Counted from the stretch's first letter, positions 51,411-61,203 are shown. The stretch is 64,000 nucleotides of DNA from Dehalococcoidia bacterium (GCA_963665735.1 OY762444.1:1867547-1931546); one strand, 5' to 3'. Notes: generated by a model from the sequence alone, not told the origin. A program made the numbers and translations.

Positions 51411-52805
51411 TCAGTGGGTGAAGGTTATCGCGGCCATTTCCTCGGCGGTTATGGTCAGGTTGGGGATTAACTGCCGGACGTTGCCGAGGTTTTCCAGGTC
51501 GTTGACCGCCTCTATCACCGCCTCGGCGCGCTGGGGGCCGAGGACGGGGTTGAACAGATAGAGCGCCTTGGCGTTGACCGTCTCGGTGTCCATCGGGTTC
51601 TGCATGGTGCCGTAGGCGTGGGGGGTGAAGTGGGACAGGGTAGCGCCGTCGTTCAGGGTCACTTCCACCCGGCCGCTGCGGGGCGCCTCCGGGTCCATCA
51701 ACGCCGGGTCCGGGATGAGCTGCACCCGCTCTTTAACCGCCAGCACTGCCGGGTCCGACATCCGTTGGTACGAGTGGGTGGACTCGAAAGTAACCTCCCC
51801 GTCCACCAGGGCCATTGCAATCATGTGCTGGCAATTAACGTCGGGCATGGCCCGGTCGTTGACGATTCCCGCCCCGTCCTCGGGCAGCCGGACTTCGATG
51901 CGGGCGACGTTTTCCGGTGTCAGCCGATGCCCTTGGTGAATGGCGAAAAAGGCGTCCAGGGCCGCCTGGATGGGATACCCCACCGGATAAGGCTTGATGG
52001 CGGTTTCGGTGATGCAATACCGACTACCCAGGTCGGCAATCATCAACGCCGGTTCCGGGCCGGGGGAGTGGGCGTTTAGGACGTTGTGCTGTCCTTCCAG
52101 GGCGTCGGCCACGCCGGAAAACCCGGCCTGCACCATCAGGGCGGCGGTGACGCCGTTGCGCGCGCCCATCCCCGAAAAGTCGAAGGCTTTTTCCACGTGC
52201 TCCAGGTCCCGGGGCCAACTCCAGACGCCGGAAACTTGCTGGGCGGCGTAGGACAGCACGTAGCGCATCCCCGTTTCGTCCAGCCCGGCGATGGAGGCCG
52301 CCGCCGCCGCGCTGCCCATCGTGGAGCTGGTGCCTTCCGCGCTGCGGTGGTTGCCTCGCACCAGGTCAGGGCCAAGAGCCAGCAGGAACCGGCAGCAGAC
52401 ATCGTAGCCCAGGACGACGGCCCGCAGCAGTTCTTCCCCGCTGCTGCCCTCCCGCTCGGCCATTGCCAAAGCCGCCGGAACCACGGAACAACCGGGGTGA
52501 GACTTGGTGACCGGCTCGAAATCGTCGGTTTCGTCGGCGTGGCCGAACATCCCGTTGACCAGGGCGGCGTTGACGGCGTTGGTCTTGACGTTGGTGGTCA
52601 GTACCGAGGATTCGGGGATGCCGCCCTGCAATCCGGCGTACTTTATCGCCATTTCGCCGGCTTTCAACCGCCCGCCGGAAACGCAGGCCGCCAGCGAGTC
52701 CAGGATGCGGTGCCGGGCCGCCAGCGCAACGTCGGCCGGCAGGGGGCGTTGGCTTGCCCCGGCCATGTACCGGGCCAGGGTTGCGGTAATTCCGTTAGTC
52801 GTCAT
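51411..52805 (-). CDS. MmgE/PrpD family protein (paralogue 3 of 3)
   Basis: ORF trimmed to ATG 52805. The product reads MTTNGITATLARYMAGASQRPLPADVALAARHRILDSLAACVSG. Confidence 0.85.
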   Translation of the reverse strand: MTTNGITATLARYMAGASQRPLPADVALAARHRILDSLAACVSGGRLKAGEMAIKYAGLQGGIPESSVLTTNVKTNAVNAALVNGMFGHADETDDFEPVTKSHPGCSVVPAALAMAEREGSSGEELLRAVVLGYDVCCRFLLALGPDLVRGNHRSAEGTSSTMGSAAAAASIAGLDETGMRYVLSYAAQQVSGVWSWPRDLEHVEKAFDFSGMGARNGVTAALMVQAGFSGVADALEGQHNVLNAHSPGPEPALMIADLGSRYCITETAIKPYPVGYPIQAALDAFFAIHQGHRLTPENVARIEVRLPEDGAGIVNDRAMPDVNCQHMIAMALVDGEVTFESTHSYQRMSDPAVLAVKERVQLIPDPALMDPEAPRSGRVEVTLNDGATLSHFTPHAYGTMQNPMDTETVNAKALYLFNPVLGPQRAEAVIEAVNDLENLGNVRQLIPNLTITAEEMAAITFTH

Positions 52806-52923
52806 TGGCAAATGACCTCGTAAAGATTGGGACAGGGTTAACGGTGGGCATCCCCTTATCCCGGCGCGGAGTTTCCCGAGGAGAAAGTGCAGAAAGCCGA
52901 TGCCGCGGCCCAGCGCCGGGTCG

Positions 52924-53835
52924 TCAGTACCAGGCGTAGGCGGCGCCGGGCCGCCGGGCCCAACCGGTCTGGCCAATCTCCCGCATCGCCGGGCCGAGGG
53001 CGGACATCTGCCTGGCCCACTCGTCGCCGTCCACCCGGGACCACATACCGTGGCCGGCGAACACCCATTCCACTTTCAGCTTGGCGATTAGGTCCATGGT
53101 ATCGGCCAATACCGGCCATGAGAAAAAAGTCTGTTCCGGGAAAACGTCGAACTCCCCCCGGCGATGGTTCCAGTGCAGCGTGTCGCCGGTGAACAGAAGG
53201 CGGTCATCAACGTAATACAGGACGTGGCCTTTGGTATGCCCCGGCGCAGGAATGGAGACCACCCCCGGCGATATAACCGCCACTTCTTCATCGCCGGTCA
53301 CATCCGTCGCGTAGGGAGCGGCGTCGGCGTCGGCCTCGCCGATCCAGACCCGAGCGCCGTAGCGGTCGGCCCAACGGTCAGCGTCGGCTACATCGTCCCG
53401 GTGGCTCAGCAACACGTGGGCGATGCCACCCAGGGCGTCAACGCTCTCGGCGAGTACCCGGTTGAACCGCGGGGAGTCCACCATCAGGTTGCCTTCAGGC
53501 CGGGCGACCAGAAACGAATGGGCGGCAAAGGAGGAAAGTGCGTTATTGCCCAGGGCGAACACGCCGTCGGTCATGCGGTAGGGAAACACGCCGGCCGGTT
53601 CCCGGGGCTGGCTGCGGTTCCCGATGGACTTGGTGGGGCAGGCCGCAGCAGCCCGCCACATCGCGGCCTCCTCTGCCGCGCCGACGGGCTGCCGGGCGAC
53701 GTAGGAACGTCCGGCGGCATCCATTTCAATCAGCCCGGGAGCCCAGTTGCGCGCTGCGTCGCACCGGATGCAACGAGTGTCCACGAACCAGAGGCCGGAT
53801 TGGTTGGCGGGGTGGGACTGGTCGGCTCTCGGCAT
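52924..53835 (-). CDS. MBL-fold hydrolase with an N-terminal ferredoxin-like Cys motif
   Basis: The N-terminus shows FVDTRCIRCDAARNWAP...AACPTKSI. The body shows VLLSHRDDVAD and PAPGHTKGHV, which are MBL-like. Confidence 0.6.
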   Translation of the reverse strand: MPRADQSHPANQSGLWFVDTRCIRCDAARNWAPGLIEMDAAGRSYVARQPVGAAEEAAMWRAAAACPTKSIGNRSQPREPAGVFPYRMTDGVFALGNNALSSFAAHSFLVARPEGNLMVDSPRFNRVLAESVDALGGIAHVLLSHRDDVADADRWADRYGARVWIGEADADAAPYATDVTGDEEVAVISPGVVSIPAPGHTKGHVLYYVDDRLLFTGDTLHWNHRRGEFDVFPEQTFFSWPVLADTMDLIAKLKVEWVFAGHGMWSRVDGDEWARQMSALGPAMREIGQTGWARRPGAAYAWY

Positions 53836-53898
53836 GGCCTCCTCCGCGCAAACAGGACATTGCGGGCCATTATAGTAGAGTTTGGATTTCGCCGGGGG

Positions 53899-54777
53899 TT
53901 AACGGCGGCGGACGTACTTATCCACGCTTTGCTCAATGGTCAGACCCAGGTAGATGTCCCCGTTGGAATCAACGGCCATGCCGTGGGCGTGACGGATGGG
54001 CCACCGCTCCAGGCAATTGCCGTCGGCGTCCCAAACGCTGCAATGGGAATGGCCGGTTTCATCGGCCTGCTCCGCCAGATAGAAAATGCCGTCGTTGCCG
54101 CGCACCAGGTTGTCGGGGCCGCCCATGCCCGTCCACATGGTGATAAATTCGCCGTCCGGGGAAAAGACCTGCACCCGGCGGTTGGCCCGGTCGCAGACGT
54201 AAACCTTGCCGTCGGGGTCAATCAGCAGGCTGTGGGGCAGGTGGAACTGGCCCGGCTCTTCCTTGCCGGGCTGTCCCCAGGACTGGAGCAACTGGCCCTG
54301 GCTGTTGAAACGGTGGACGCGGGCGTTGCGGTAGCCGTCGGAAACGTATATGTCGCCGGAGGGACTGGGGGACATTTCGGTGCAGTAGTTGAAAGGGCCG
54401 GCGGCGCGAGGCACCAAATCGCCGGGGTTTTCGCAGCCGGTATCGGAATGAACGCCCCGCTCCCCGATTATCTGCAAGGGCTTGCCGTCCAGGGTGAACT
54501 TGACCGCCACGTGGTCGGAACGGTCGGTGACGTAAACGATGTCGTCCACAATCATCATGCCGTGGGGGTCGGATATGGCCCCGATTCCCCAGCGGTTAAG
54601 GTAGTTGCCCTCCCGGTCAAAGACCATCACCGGCGGGTCTTGACGCTGGAAGGCGTAAACCCGGTCCTGGGAATCGGTGGCGACGGTGCTGACGGTGCCC
54701 AGGGACTCGCCGGGCGGGAGGTTGGGCCAGTCCTGAATCAGGTCATAGGTGTAGGCGCCGGAACCAACGGTAGTCAT
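53899..54777 (-). CDS. NHL-repeat six-bladed beta-propeller protein (peptidyl-alpha-hydroxyglycine lyase-like)
   Basis: Repeated NHL-like blades: DRVYAFQRQ, DIVYVTDRSDHVAVKF, DIYVSDGYRNARVHRF, KVYVCDRANRRVQVF. Confidence 0.75.
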   Translation of the reverse strand: MTTVGSGAYTYDLIQDWPNLPPGESLGTVSTVATDSQDRVYAFQRQDPPVMVFDREGNYLNRWGIGAISDPHGMMIVDDIVYVTDRSDHVAVKFTLDGKPLQIIGERGVHSDTGCENPGDLVPRAAGPFNYCTEMSPSPSGDIYVSDGYRNARVHRFNSQGQLLQSWGQPGKEEPGQFHLPHSLLIDPDGKVYVCDRANRRVQVFSPDGEFITMWTGMGGPDNLVRGNDGIFYLAEQADETGHSHCSVWDADGNCLERWPIRHAHGMAVDSNGDIYLGLTIEQSVDKYVRRR

Positions 54778-54798
54778 GGTTTTTCCTCGCTTGAGATT

Positions 54799-55083
54799 GT
54801 GGATAGTGAATAGTCGTTAGTGGGTGTCGTCATATTCATCGTCATACCGGCCTGCGCCGGTATCCAGAATTCCTTATAGAAAATGCGCTGTGGTCGCAGG
54901 CTCGTCATACCGGCGCAGGCCGGTATCCAGGAATTCTTGCCAGCTAGTACGCTGTTCTATCCGTAAAATTTCTGGATTCCGGCCCCGTATCGTGGTACGG
55001 GGCAGGCTTTTCGCCGGCATGACGATATATGCTTACGCTACCTGTCACCCCCATCCTAACCTTCCCCCATCGAGGGGGAAGGG
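54799..55083. repeat. Intergenic mosaic (heptamers, two family-3-like copies, family 1 hairpin 55060..55083 abutting the downstream stop codon)
   Basis: Direct reading. Confidence 0.8.
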
Positions 55084-55084
55084 A

Positions 55085-56740
55085 TTATCGGCCCGTCCAT
55101 TCGCCGTAAATGGGGTATTGGCTGCACAGGAACTCGATGTAGGCCGGGCGGTTTTCCTTGTTGGCGTCCAGGGCGCGGCGGAGGGCCGGCACAACCTGGG
55201 CGGGGTCGGACACGCGCTCGGTGTGAAAGCCCAAATCGCCGATGACCTTGGACATATCAACGTCGTCGGGGCCAAGGACGGCGTGGGTAAAGGGGTCATG
55301 GCCCGGCCCCCAGAAACCGGGGCCGTAGCCGGCAAACCCGCCGTTGCTGATGTGGGCCACGGTAATGCCCAGGTTTTGCCGCAGCGCCACTTCCAGGTTG
55401 CCCAGCATATAGCCCAGGCCGGCCTCGCCGGTGACGGTCACGGCCGGACGGGCCGGGTCATCCAGCTTGGCGGCTACCGAGGCGGCCCAGCCAAAGCCCA
55501 GGGTGGAGACGTTGCCCCAACCCAGGAAGGCCCGCGGAATCCGGGTTTCGTAAACGGTGCTGAGCTGGTCCCGGGTGTTGCCCGATTCGTGGGTGACGAA
55601 AGAGTTTTGCGGGTCAAGGACTTCCATCAACCCGGCGTAAACCCGGTAGGGATTGATGGGTTGGTCATTGGAGGCCATCGCCTCCCGATATTGGGCCAGG
55701 CCGGCGTCGCGCTCCGCCTGGACTTCCAGGGCCACGTCCTCCGGGGACTTGCCGCCCCGCGGCCCGCGCCCGGCCAGCTCGTCGGCCAGGGCTTGCAGGG
55801 TATATTTGGCGTCGCCGATGACGGCCTGGGCGGTGGGATACTGCTTGTTGATGTGCAGTTCGTCCACGTTGCAATGGATGATGGTCTTGGACGCCGGATT
55901 GGGGATTCCGTGGCTGAACCGGCCCGGCGACAGGCTGGAACCGACGGCCAGAATCAGGTCGCTGTTGTTCAGGTAGTTGGTGACCTGGCCGCCCCGGACG
56001 CCGACAAACAGGGGATGGTCTGCCGGGAACGCGCCCATGCCTTTCAGGGTGGTTACCACCGGAGCGTTGGCCAGTTCTGCGAAGGCCAGCAGTTCGGCGG
56101 CGGCGTTGGCGTAAATCACGCCCTCCCCGGCGTAGATGAGGGGATTTTGGGCCTGGGCCAGCAGGTCAACGGCCAAACTTACGTCTTGCGGGTCCGGTGC
56201 CGACTTCCAGCCCTTGACCGGGCGGTAGGGGTCGGCGTCCTCATCGTAAGTCCCGGTGGGGTCGGGAACGGCCAGAATGACCGGGCCGGGCCGCCCGCTC
56301 CGCAGCATGGTAAAGGCCCGCCGCAGAAACTCCGGCGTCCGTTCCGGGCGGTCAATGTAGCCGAACCACTTGGAGACGGTCTTCATGCTGGAAAAAACGT
56401 CGAACTGGCTGTTGCCGGAACTGCCGGCCGGCACACCGTCGGTGATGCAGAGAACCGGGGAGCCGTCCTCGTAAGCCTGGGCCATCCCCGCGTAGGCGTA
56501 CTGCATCCCGGCGGCATTAACGCCGCCCTGGAAGGTGCAGACGCCGATTTGACGGCCGGCCGTGATTCGGGAGAAGGCGTCGGCCACCGCCACGGCGTAG
56601 CGGTCATCGCGCATCATCAGCATGGGGATACCCTCGCGGCCCAGGGCGTTGTTGACCCGGCAAACCGGGAAGGTGGACACCCATTCCACCCCTTCCTGTT
56701 TGAGGATGCGGGCTATGCCGGTGGCGGCGTCTATGGTCAT
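55085..56740 (-). CDS. Thiamine-diphosphate-dependent enzyme (acetolactate synthase / sulfoacetaldehyde acetyltransferase-like)
   Basis: ORF trimmed to ATG 56740, which follows AAGGAGG. The product starts MTIDAATGIARILKQEGVEWVSTFPV. VTGEAGLGYMLGNLEVALRQNLGITVAHISNGGF is the ThDP motif. Confidence 0.8.
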   Translation of the reverse strand: MTIDAATGIARILKQEGVEWVSTFPVCRVNNALGREGIPMLMMRDDRYAVAVADAFSRITAGRQIGVCTFQGGVNAAGMQYAYAGMAQAYEDGSPVLCITDGVPAGSSGNSQFDVFSSMKTVSKWFGYIDRPERTPEFLRRAFTMLRSGRPGPVILAVPDPTGTYDEDADPYRPVKGWKSAPDPQDVSLAVDLLAQAQNPLIYAGEGVIYANAAAELLAFAELANAPVVTTLKGMGAFPADHPLFVGVRGGQVTNYLNNSDLILAVGSSLSPGRFSHGIPNPASKTIIHCNVDELHINKQYPTAQAVIGDAKYTLQALADELAGRGPRGGKSPEDVALEVQAERDAGLAQYREAMASNDQPINPYRVYAGLMEVLDPQNSFVTHESGNTRDQLSTVYETRIPRAFLGWGNVSTLGFGWAASVAAKLDDPARPAVTVTGEAGLGYMLGNLEVALRQNLGITVAHISNGGFAGYGPGFWGPGHDPFTHAVLGPDDVDMSKVIGDLGFHTERVSDPAQVVPALRRALDANKENRPAYIEFLCSQYPIYGEWTGR

Positions 56741-56928
56741 TGGTCGTTCCTCCTTGCGGTTGCCGGTGGTCAGTGATTGGCGGCTGGCGGCTAGGCCCCG
56801 CCCTTTCTTTAGCGCTGGGAGGCGGGGCAACCCCGTTACTGTAACATCACGGCGGTTTGGCGTCACCCTTGCCGGTAGCCGGCGGTTACGCGACCGGCAA
56901 GGCGTCGAAAAATCCCTTGCCCTCAACC

Positions 56929-57222
56929 TGTCATTCTGAGCAAAGCGAAGAATCTAAAATTCTTGCCTTAGCCGTCGCTGCCTCACCCGTAGAATTTTAG
57001 ACCCTTCGCTCCGCTCAGGGTGACATGGTGAAGTTCAAGGTTACATGGTGACGGCTCAGGGTGACATCCAAAAGACCGGACGATTATCCGCAGGGGCCTT
57101 CAATTGTTTCCCTGCGGGGCTTTCAATTGTTACCCTGAACGAAGTGAAGGGTCTAAATTCGTCCCAATGGGCGCGTTGGGAAAGGCAAGAATTTTAGATT
57201 CTTCGCTTTGCTCAGAATGACA
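56929..57222. repeat. About 295-bp nested inverted repeat built from family-5 elements
   Basis: Outer arms are 56929..56967 (TGTCATTCTGAGCAAAGCGAAGAATCTAAAATTCTTGCC) and 57184..57222 (its reverse complement). Inner arms are about 56991..57024 and 57129..57161. Confidence 0.85.
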
Positions 57223-57361
57223 TGGAAGGGCAAGGAATGAAAACCAAAATACCCGGGCGATTATCCGGGTCTGGCTTGTTGCCCCGGCTACCACGCTGGT
57301 AAACTGCCCGCATAATGCGACGGGGTTGGGAATCCGGGGAAGACAGCCCGCATACGCCACT

Positions 57362-58075
57362 ATGAAACTGACGGAAATAGTCGCCGGGATTTACCAGGTG
57401 GAGTTCCTTAACACCAGCGTCTTTCTGGCGTTGGATGAACGGGTTACGGTCATTGACGCCGGTTGGCGGGGCTGCGGCCACCTGCTGCTGAAAGCCCTGG
57501 AACGGCTGGGCCGTCGCCCCGAAGAAATCGCCTACCTGGTAGCCACCCACCACCACCCGGACCACGTTGGCGCAATGGCGTACCTGCGGCAAGAATCGGG
57601 GGGCCAGGTGGCAGCCCACCAAGCCGAGGCGGGGGTGATGGCCGGGCTGGCAGAACCGCCGGCGCCCCAGGTCATGCAGCACGGGCCTCTTCATTCCATC
57701 TATGGCTGGCTGGCCCACGGATTCACCTCGTTGGAAGCCGTCGCGCCCGTTCCGGTTGACCTGCCCCTGTCCGACGGCAGCCGCCTGGACGTTCTGGACG
57801 GTATGGAAGTCGTCCATTGCCCGGGGCATACGCCGGGCAGCATTTGCCTGCATTTCCCCAACCAAGGGCTGCTGGTCGTAGGGGACGCTTTGCAATACCA
57901 CCACGGCCAACTGGAACTGCCCCATCCCTGGTACACCGTGGACATGGAGCAGGCCAAGGACTCGGTACGCAAGCTGTCCGCGCTGGACTACGACACCCTG
58001 GCCTTCAGCCACTTCCCGCCCATCCGGGGCAACGCCTCCGCCGCGGTGGGCAGGTTCGCGGAGGGCCTTGGCTAG
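57362..58075 (+). CDS. MBL-fold metallo-hydrolase
   Basis: ORF trimmed to ATG 57362 (MKLTEIVAGIYQV...). It shows VATHHHPDHVGA (HxHxDH) and CPGHTPGSI. Confidence 0.8.
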   Translation: MKLTEIVAGIYQVEFLNTSVFLALDERVTVIDAGWRGCGHLLLKALERLGRRPEEIAYLVATHHHPDHVGAMAYLRQESGGQVAAHQAEAGVMAGLAEPPAPQVMQHGPLHSIYGWLAHGFTSLEAVAPVPVDLPLSDGSRLDVLDGMEVVHCPGHTPGSICLHFPNQGLLVVGDALQYHHGQLELPHPWYTVDMEQAKDSVRKLSALDYDTLAFSHFPPIRGNASAAVGRFAEGLG

Positions 58076-58084
58076 TGACTGGCA

Positions 58085-58270
58085 GGGAACAACATGGAAA
58101 TGGGGGTAATTTCTCCGTTCGCCCTGAGCTTGTCGAAGGGCCGTCCGTTCATGGTTCGACAAGCTCACCACGAACGGACTCTTGGTTGCCCAATCAATCC
58201 AAAGATGATGGACGCTAATGGCTGGGGCCTCGTGGTCAGCCACTAATCGCGTGCCAATAGTCATTTATGA
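58085..58270. repeat. Intergenic mosaic (family 6 in reverse orientation 58112..58180; heptamers)
   Basis: Contains the 12-bp stem GAGCTTGTCGAA...TTCGACAAGCTC. Confidence 0.8.
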
Positions 58271-58285
58271 AAAAGGAACGCAAAC

Positions 58286-60763
58286 ATGGAAACCTTGATT
58301 GACTTGATGGAGTCCTGCGTCGGGAAGTTTCAGAACCGGACGGCGCTGGTCATTACCCCCGGTTTCCGCCGCCAGCGGTGGACGTACCGCCAACTGTGGG
58401 ACATGGCCGGGCAGCTGGCCGCGGTACTGCGGAATCGCGGGCTGGAAAAGGGCGACCGGGCGGTCATCTGGGCGCCCAACCGTCCGGAGTGGGCGCTGGC
58501 TTACCTGGCCTGCCTGCGGGCCGGCGTGGTGCTGGTTCCCCTGGACGTGCGAAGTTCGCCGGACTTCGTGGCTCGCATCGTTGAGCAGACCCAGCCCAAG
58601 CTGGGTTTCCGCGCCCGCCAGACTCCCGGCGACTTGGGCGATGCTTTCCCCACCCTGGCCCTGGAAGAACTAGAGGACTTGATTGACGGCCAGGTGGAGC
58701 AGTGGACGGAGCCGTCCCTGGTCAAGGACGACATCGCCCAACTGATGTTTACCTCCGGCACCACCGGCGACCCCAAGGGCGTAATCCTGACCCACGGCAA
58801 CCTGGTGTCCAACATCACCGCCTGCCAGAACCTGCTGCCCGTGGGCGTCAACAGCCGCATCCTTTCTTTGCTGCCCCTCAGCCATATGTTGGAGCAAATC
58901 GGCGGGCTGTGGGTGCCGTTGGTGTCCGGCGCCTCGGTGACTTATCCCACCAGCCGCCAGCCCCGCACGCTTTTCAAGACCATGCAGCGGGACCGCATTA
59001 CCAACCTGGTGCTGGTGCCGCAGGCGTTGGAGTTGCTGATGGCCGGCATCGAGCGGGAAGTGCGGGCCAAGGGCAAGGAAAAGGTCTGGAAGATTATGAC
59101 CAGGGCCTCGCCTTATATGCCCAAACCCGTCCGTCGCCTGTTGTTCAAAGAAGTCCACAAGAACTTTGGCGGCAAGATGGCCTTCATCATGTCCGGCGGC
59201 GCCTACCTGTCGCCGGAGTTGGCTAAGAAATGGGCCGCCATTGGCATTCCCGTTTTGCAGGGCTATGGCACCACCGAGGCGTCGCCGGTCATTTCCGCCA
59301 ATACCTTCTCCCACAACCGGCTGGGTTCGGTGGGCCGCACGGTGCGGGGAGTCAGCCTCAAGCTGGCCGACGACGGCGAAATTCTGGTCAAGGGCGACAA
59401 CATCACCCCCGGTTACTGGATGAATCAGGATGCCACCGACGCCGCTTTCGAGGACGGCTGGTACAAGACGGGCGACCTGGGCAACCTGGACTCCGACGGC
59501 TATCTGTCGCTGAAAGGGCGCAAGAAAGACCTGATTGTGCTGCCCAACGGCCAGAATGTCTATCCCGAAGACCTGGAACTGCTGCTGAACCAGCAGCCCC
59601 CGGTCAAGGATAGCGTGGTATTGGGCGCGCCCGACCGCAACGGCGCAACGCAAGTCCACGCCGCCCTGCTGCTGGAGGAATCGTCCACCCAAGGCGACGG
59701 TGACGGAGCAGTGGCGGAGGTCAACCGGATGGTGTCCGACCACCAGCGCATCCGGGCGATTACCGTCTGGCCGGAAGAGGACTTTCCCCGGACGCATACC
59801 CTCAAAATCCGCAAGCCCCTGGTGCTGGACTACATTCAAGGCAACGGCCAGCCGGATACGGCCCCATCTCCCGCCGCAGCCTCCACCGCCGGGGCCAGTC
59901 CCTTCCTGGCCCTGGTGTCGGCCCAATCCGCCTTGCCGGTGGACGCCCTGACCCCCGATAGCGTCCTGGAAACCGACCTGGGGCTGGACTCCCTGGGCCG
60001 GGTGGAACTGCTGTCGGCCATTGAAGAGGAACTGGGAGTTTACATTGACGAACAGGAAGTAAGTCCCGAAACCACCCTGGGCCGGTTGCAGCAAATGGTG
60101 GAGCAGGGAGTGGCTACCCCCCGGATGTCCTTCCCCACCTGGGGGCAAGATGCCTGGTGCCGGGTGGCCCGCGCCGGCCTGCAATGGGGGTTGGTGTTTC
60201 CGTTCCTGCGGCTGTTCTACCGGGTCAACATCCAGGGGCGAGAGTCCATAAAGGGGTTGTCCGGGCCGATGCTGTTCGCCTCCAACCACAACGTCAAGCT
60301 GGACAACCCGGCCATCATCCTGGCCCTGCCCCCCGGCTGGCGGTGGCGGCTGTCCATCGCGGCGGCGGCGGACGATATTTTCGGTCATCCCGTGCGGAAA
60401 ATCGCCGCTCCCCTGCTGGGCAACGGGTTCCCCTTTTCCCGGGAAGGGGCGGTCAGGCCCAGCCTGGAACACCTGGGCGGTATGCTGGACGACGGTTGGT
60501 CGGTGCTTATCTACCCGGAGGGGCGCAACAACTACGGGGAGATGGACGCTTTCAAGCCGGGAACCGGGATGCTGGCCGTGGAAAGCCGCACTACCATCAT
60601 TCCCATCCGGGTGAGTCTCAACAAGCCGGGGCCGTGGGACGGGGCCTCGCCCATCAGCCGGGGCCGGATTGATGTCCGGTTCGGCCAACCCCTGAATTTC
60701 CCCAAGGGCCAGGACTACCGGGAGGCCACGGAGAAGATAGAGGCGGCAGTGCGCGCGTTGTAG
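58286..60763 (+). CDS. Tri-domain protein: acyl-AMP/CoA ligase - carrier protein (PP-binding) - PlsC-type acyltransferase
   Basis: Adenylation-domain motifs MFTSGTTGDPKGV, GYGTTE, YKTGDLG and TLKIRK. The phosphopantetheine site is LGLDSLGRVELLSAIEE. The acyltransferase motifs are ASNHNVKLD (HX4D) and IYPEGR. Confidence 0.8.
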   Translation: METLIDLMESCVGKFQNRTALVITPGFRRQRWTYRQLWDMAGQLAAVLRNRGLEKGDRAVIWAPNRPEWALAYLACLRAGVVLVPLDVRSSPDFVARIVEQTQPKLGFRARQTPGDLGDAFPTLALEELEDLIDGQVEQWTEPSLVKDDIAQLMFTSGTTGDPKGVILTHGNLVSNITACQNLLPVGVNSRILSLLPLSHMLEQIGGLWVPLVSGASVTYPTSRQPRTLFKTMQRDRITNLVLVPQALELLMAGIEREVRAKGKEKVWKIMTRASPYMPKPVRRLLFKEVHKNFGGKMAFIMSGGAYLSPELAKKWAAIGIPVLQGYGTTEASPVISANTFSHNRLGSVGRTVRGVSLKLADDGEILVKGDNITPGYWMNQDATDAAFEDGWYKTGDLGNLDSDGYLSLKGRKKDLIVLPNGQNVYPEDLELLLNQQPPVKDSVVLGAPDRNGATQVHAALLLEESSTQGDGDGAVAEVNRMVSDHQRIRAITVWPEEDFPRTHTLKIRKPLVLDYIQGNGQPDTAPSPAAASTAGASPFLALVSAQSALPVDALTPDSVLETDLGLDSLGRVELLSAIEEELGVYIDEQEVSPETTLGRLQQMVEQGVATPRMSFPTWGQDAWCRVARAGLQWGLVFPFLRLFYRVNIQGRESIKGLSGPMLFASNHNVKLDNPAIILALPPGWRWRLSIAAAADDIFGHPVRKIAAPLLGNGFPFSREGAVRPSLEHLGGMLDDGWSVLIYPEGRNNYGEMDAFKPGTGMLAVESRTTIIPIRVSLNKPGPWDGASPISRGRIDVRFGQPLNFPKGQDYREATEKIEAAVRAL

Positions 60764-61144
60764 GGAATCAGTGGCTAGCGGTCAGTGATTGGTGGTTAGG
60801 TACGGTTGCATTGACGACTAACCCGTCATACGGCATCCAGTCCCTTCCCCATCGCTATTAACCGTCATTCCGGCGAAAGCCGGAATCCAGAAATATCAAG
60901 CACATTGCAACCCCCTTGAGTGCAAGGAATCCTGGATACCGGCCTACGCCGGTATGACGGGTTGAATTGCGCAAGTGGGAAGGGTTTTTGCCGGGGTGTC
61001 TCCGTTGGGCCCCTACCACGCTCGGCGGATTCCTGGTCAACCTATGAAAGTATCCCAATACGATTGTCATGGGCCGCCCGCTTGTTTGACTCTCCCAAAA
61101 GGCGGGCTTAAACTCCGTAGGGGCGCACGGCCGTGCGCCCCTAC
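60764..61144. repeat. Intergenic mosaic (heptamers 60764..60800; reverse family-3 copy about 60822..60962; family-4 palindrome 61117..61144)
   Basis: Direct reading. Confidence 0.8.
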
Positions 61145-61203
61145 CCCCTTGTTGGCTCAATTTCGCCGCTAATCCATCCCCCCACCGGAGACAGTTTGCC
61201 CTT

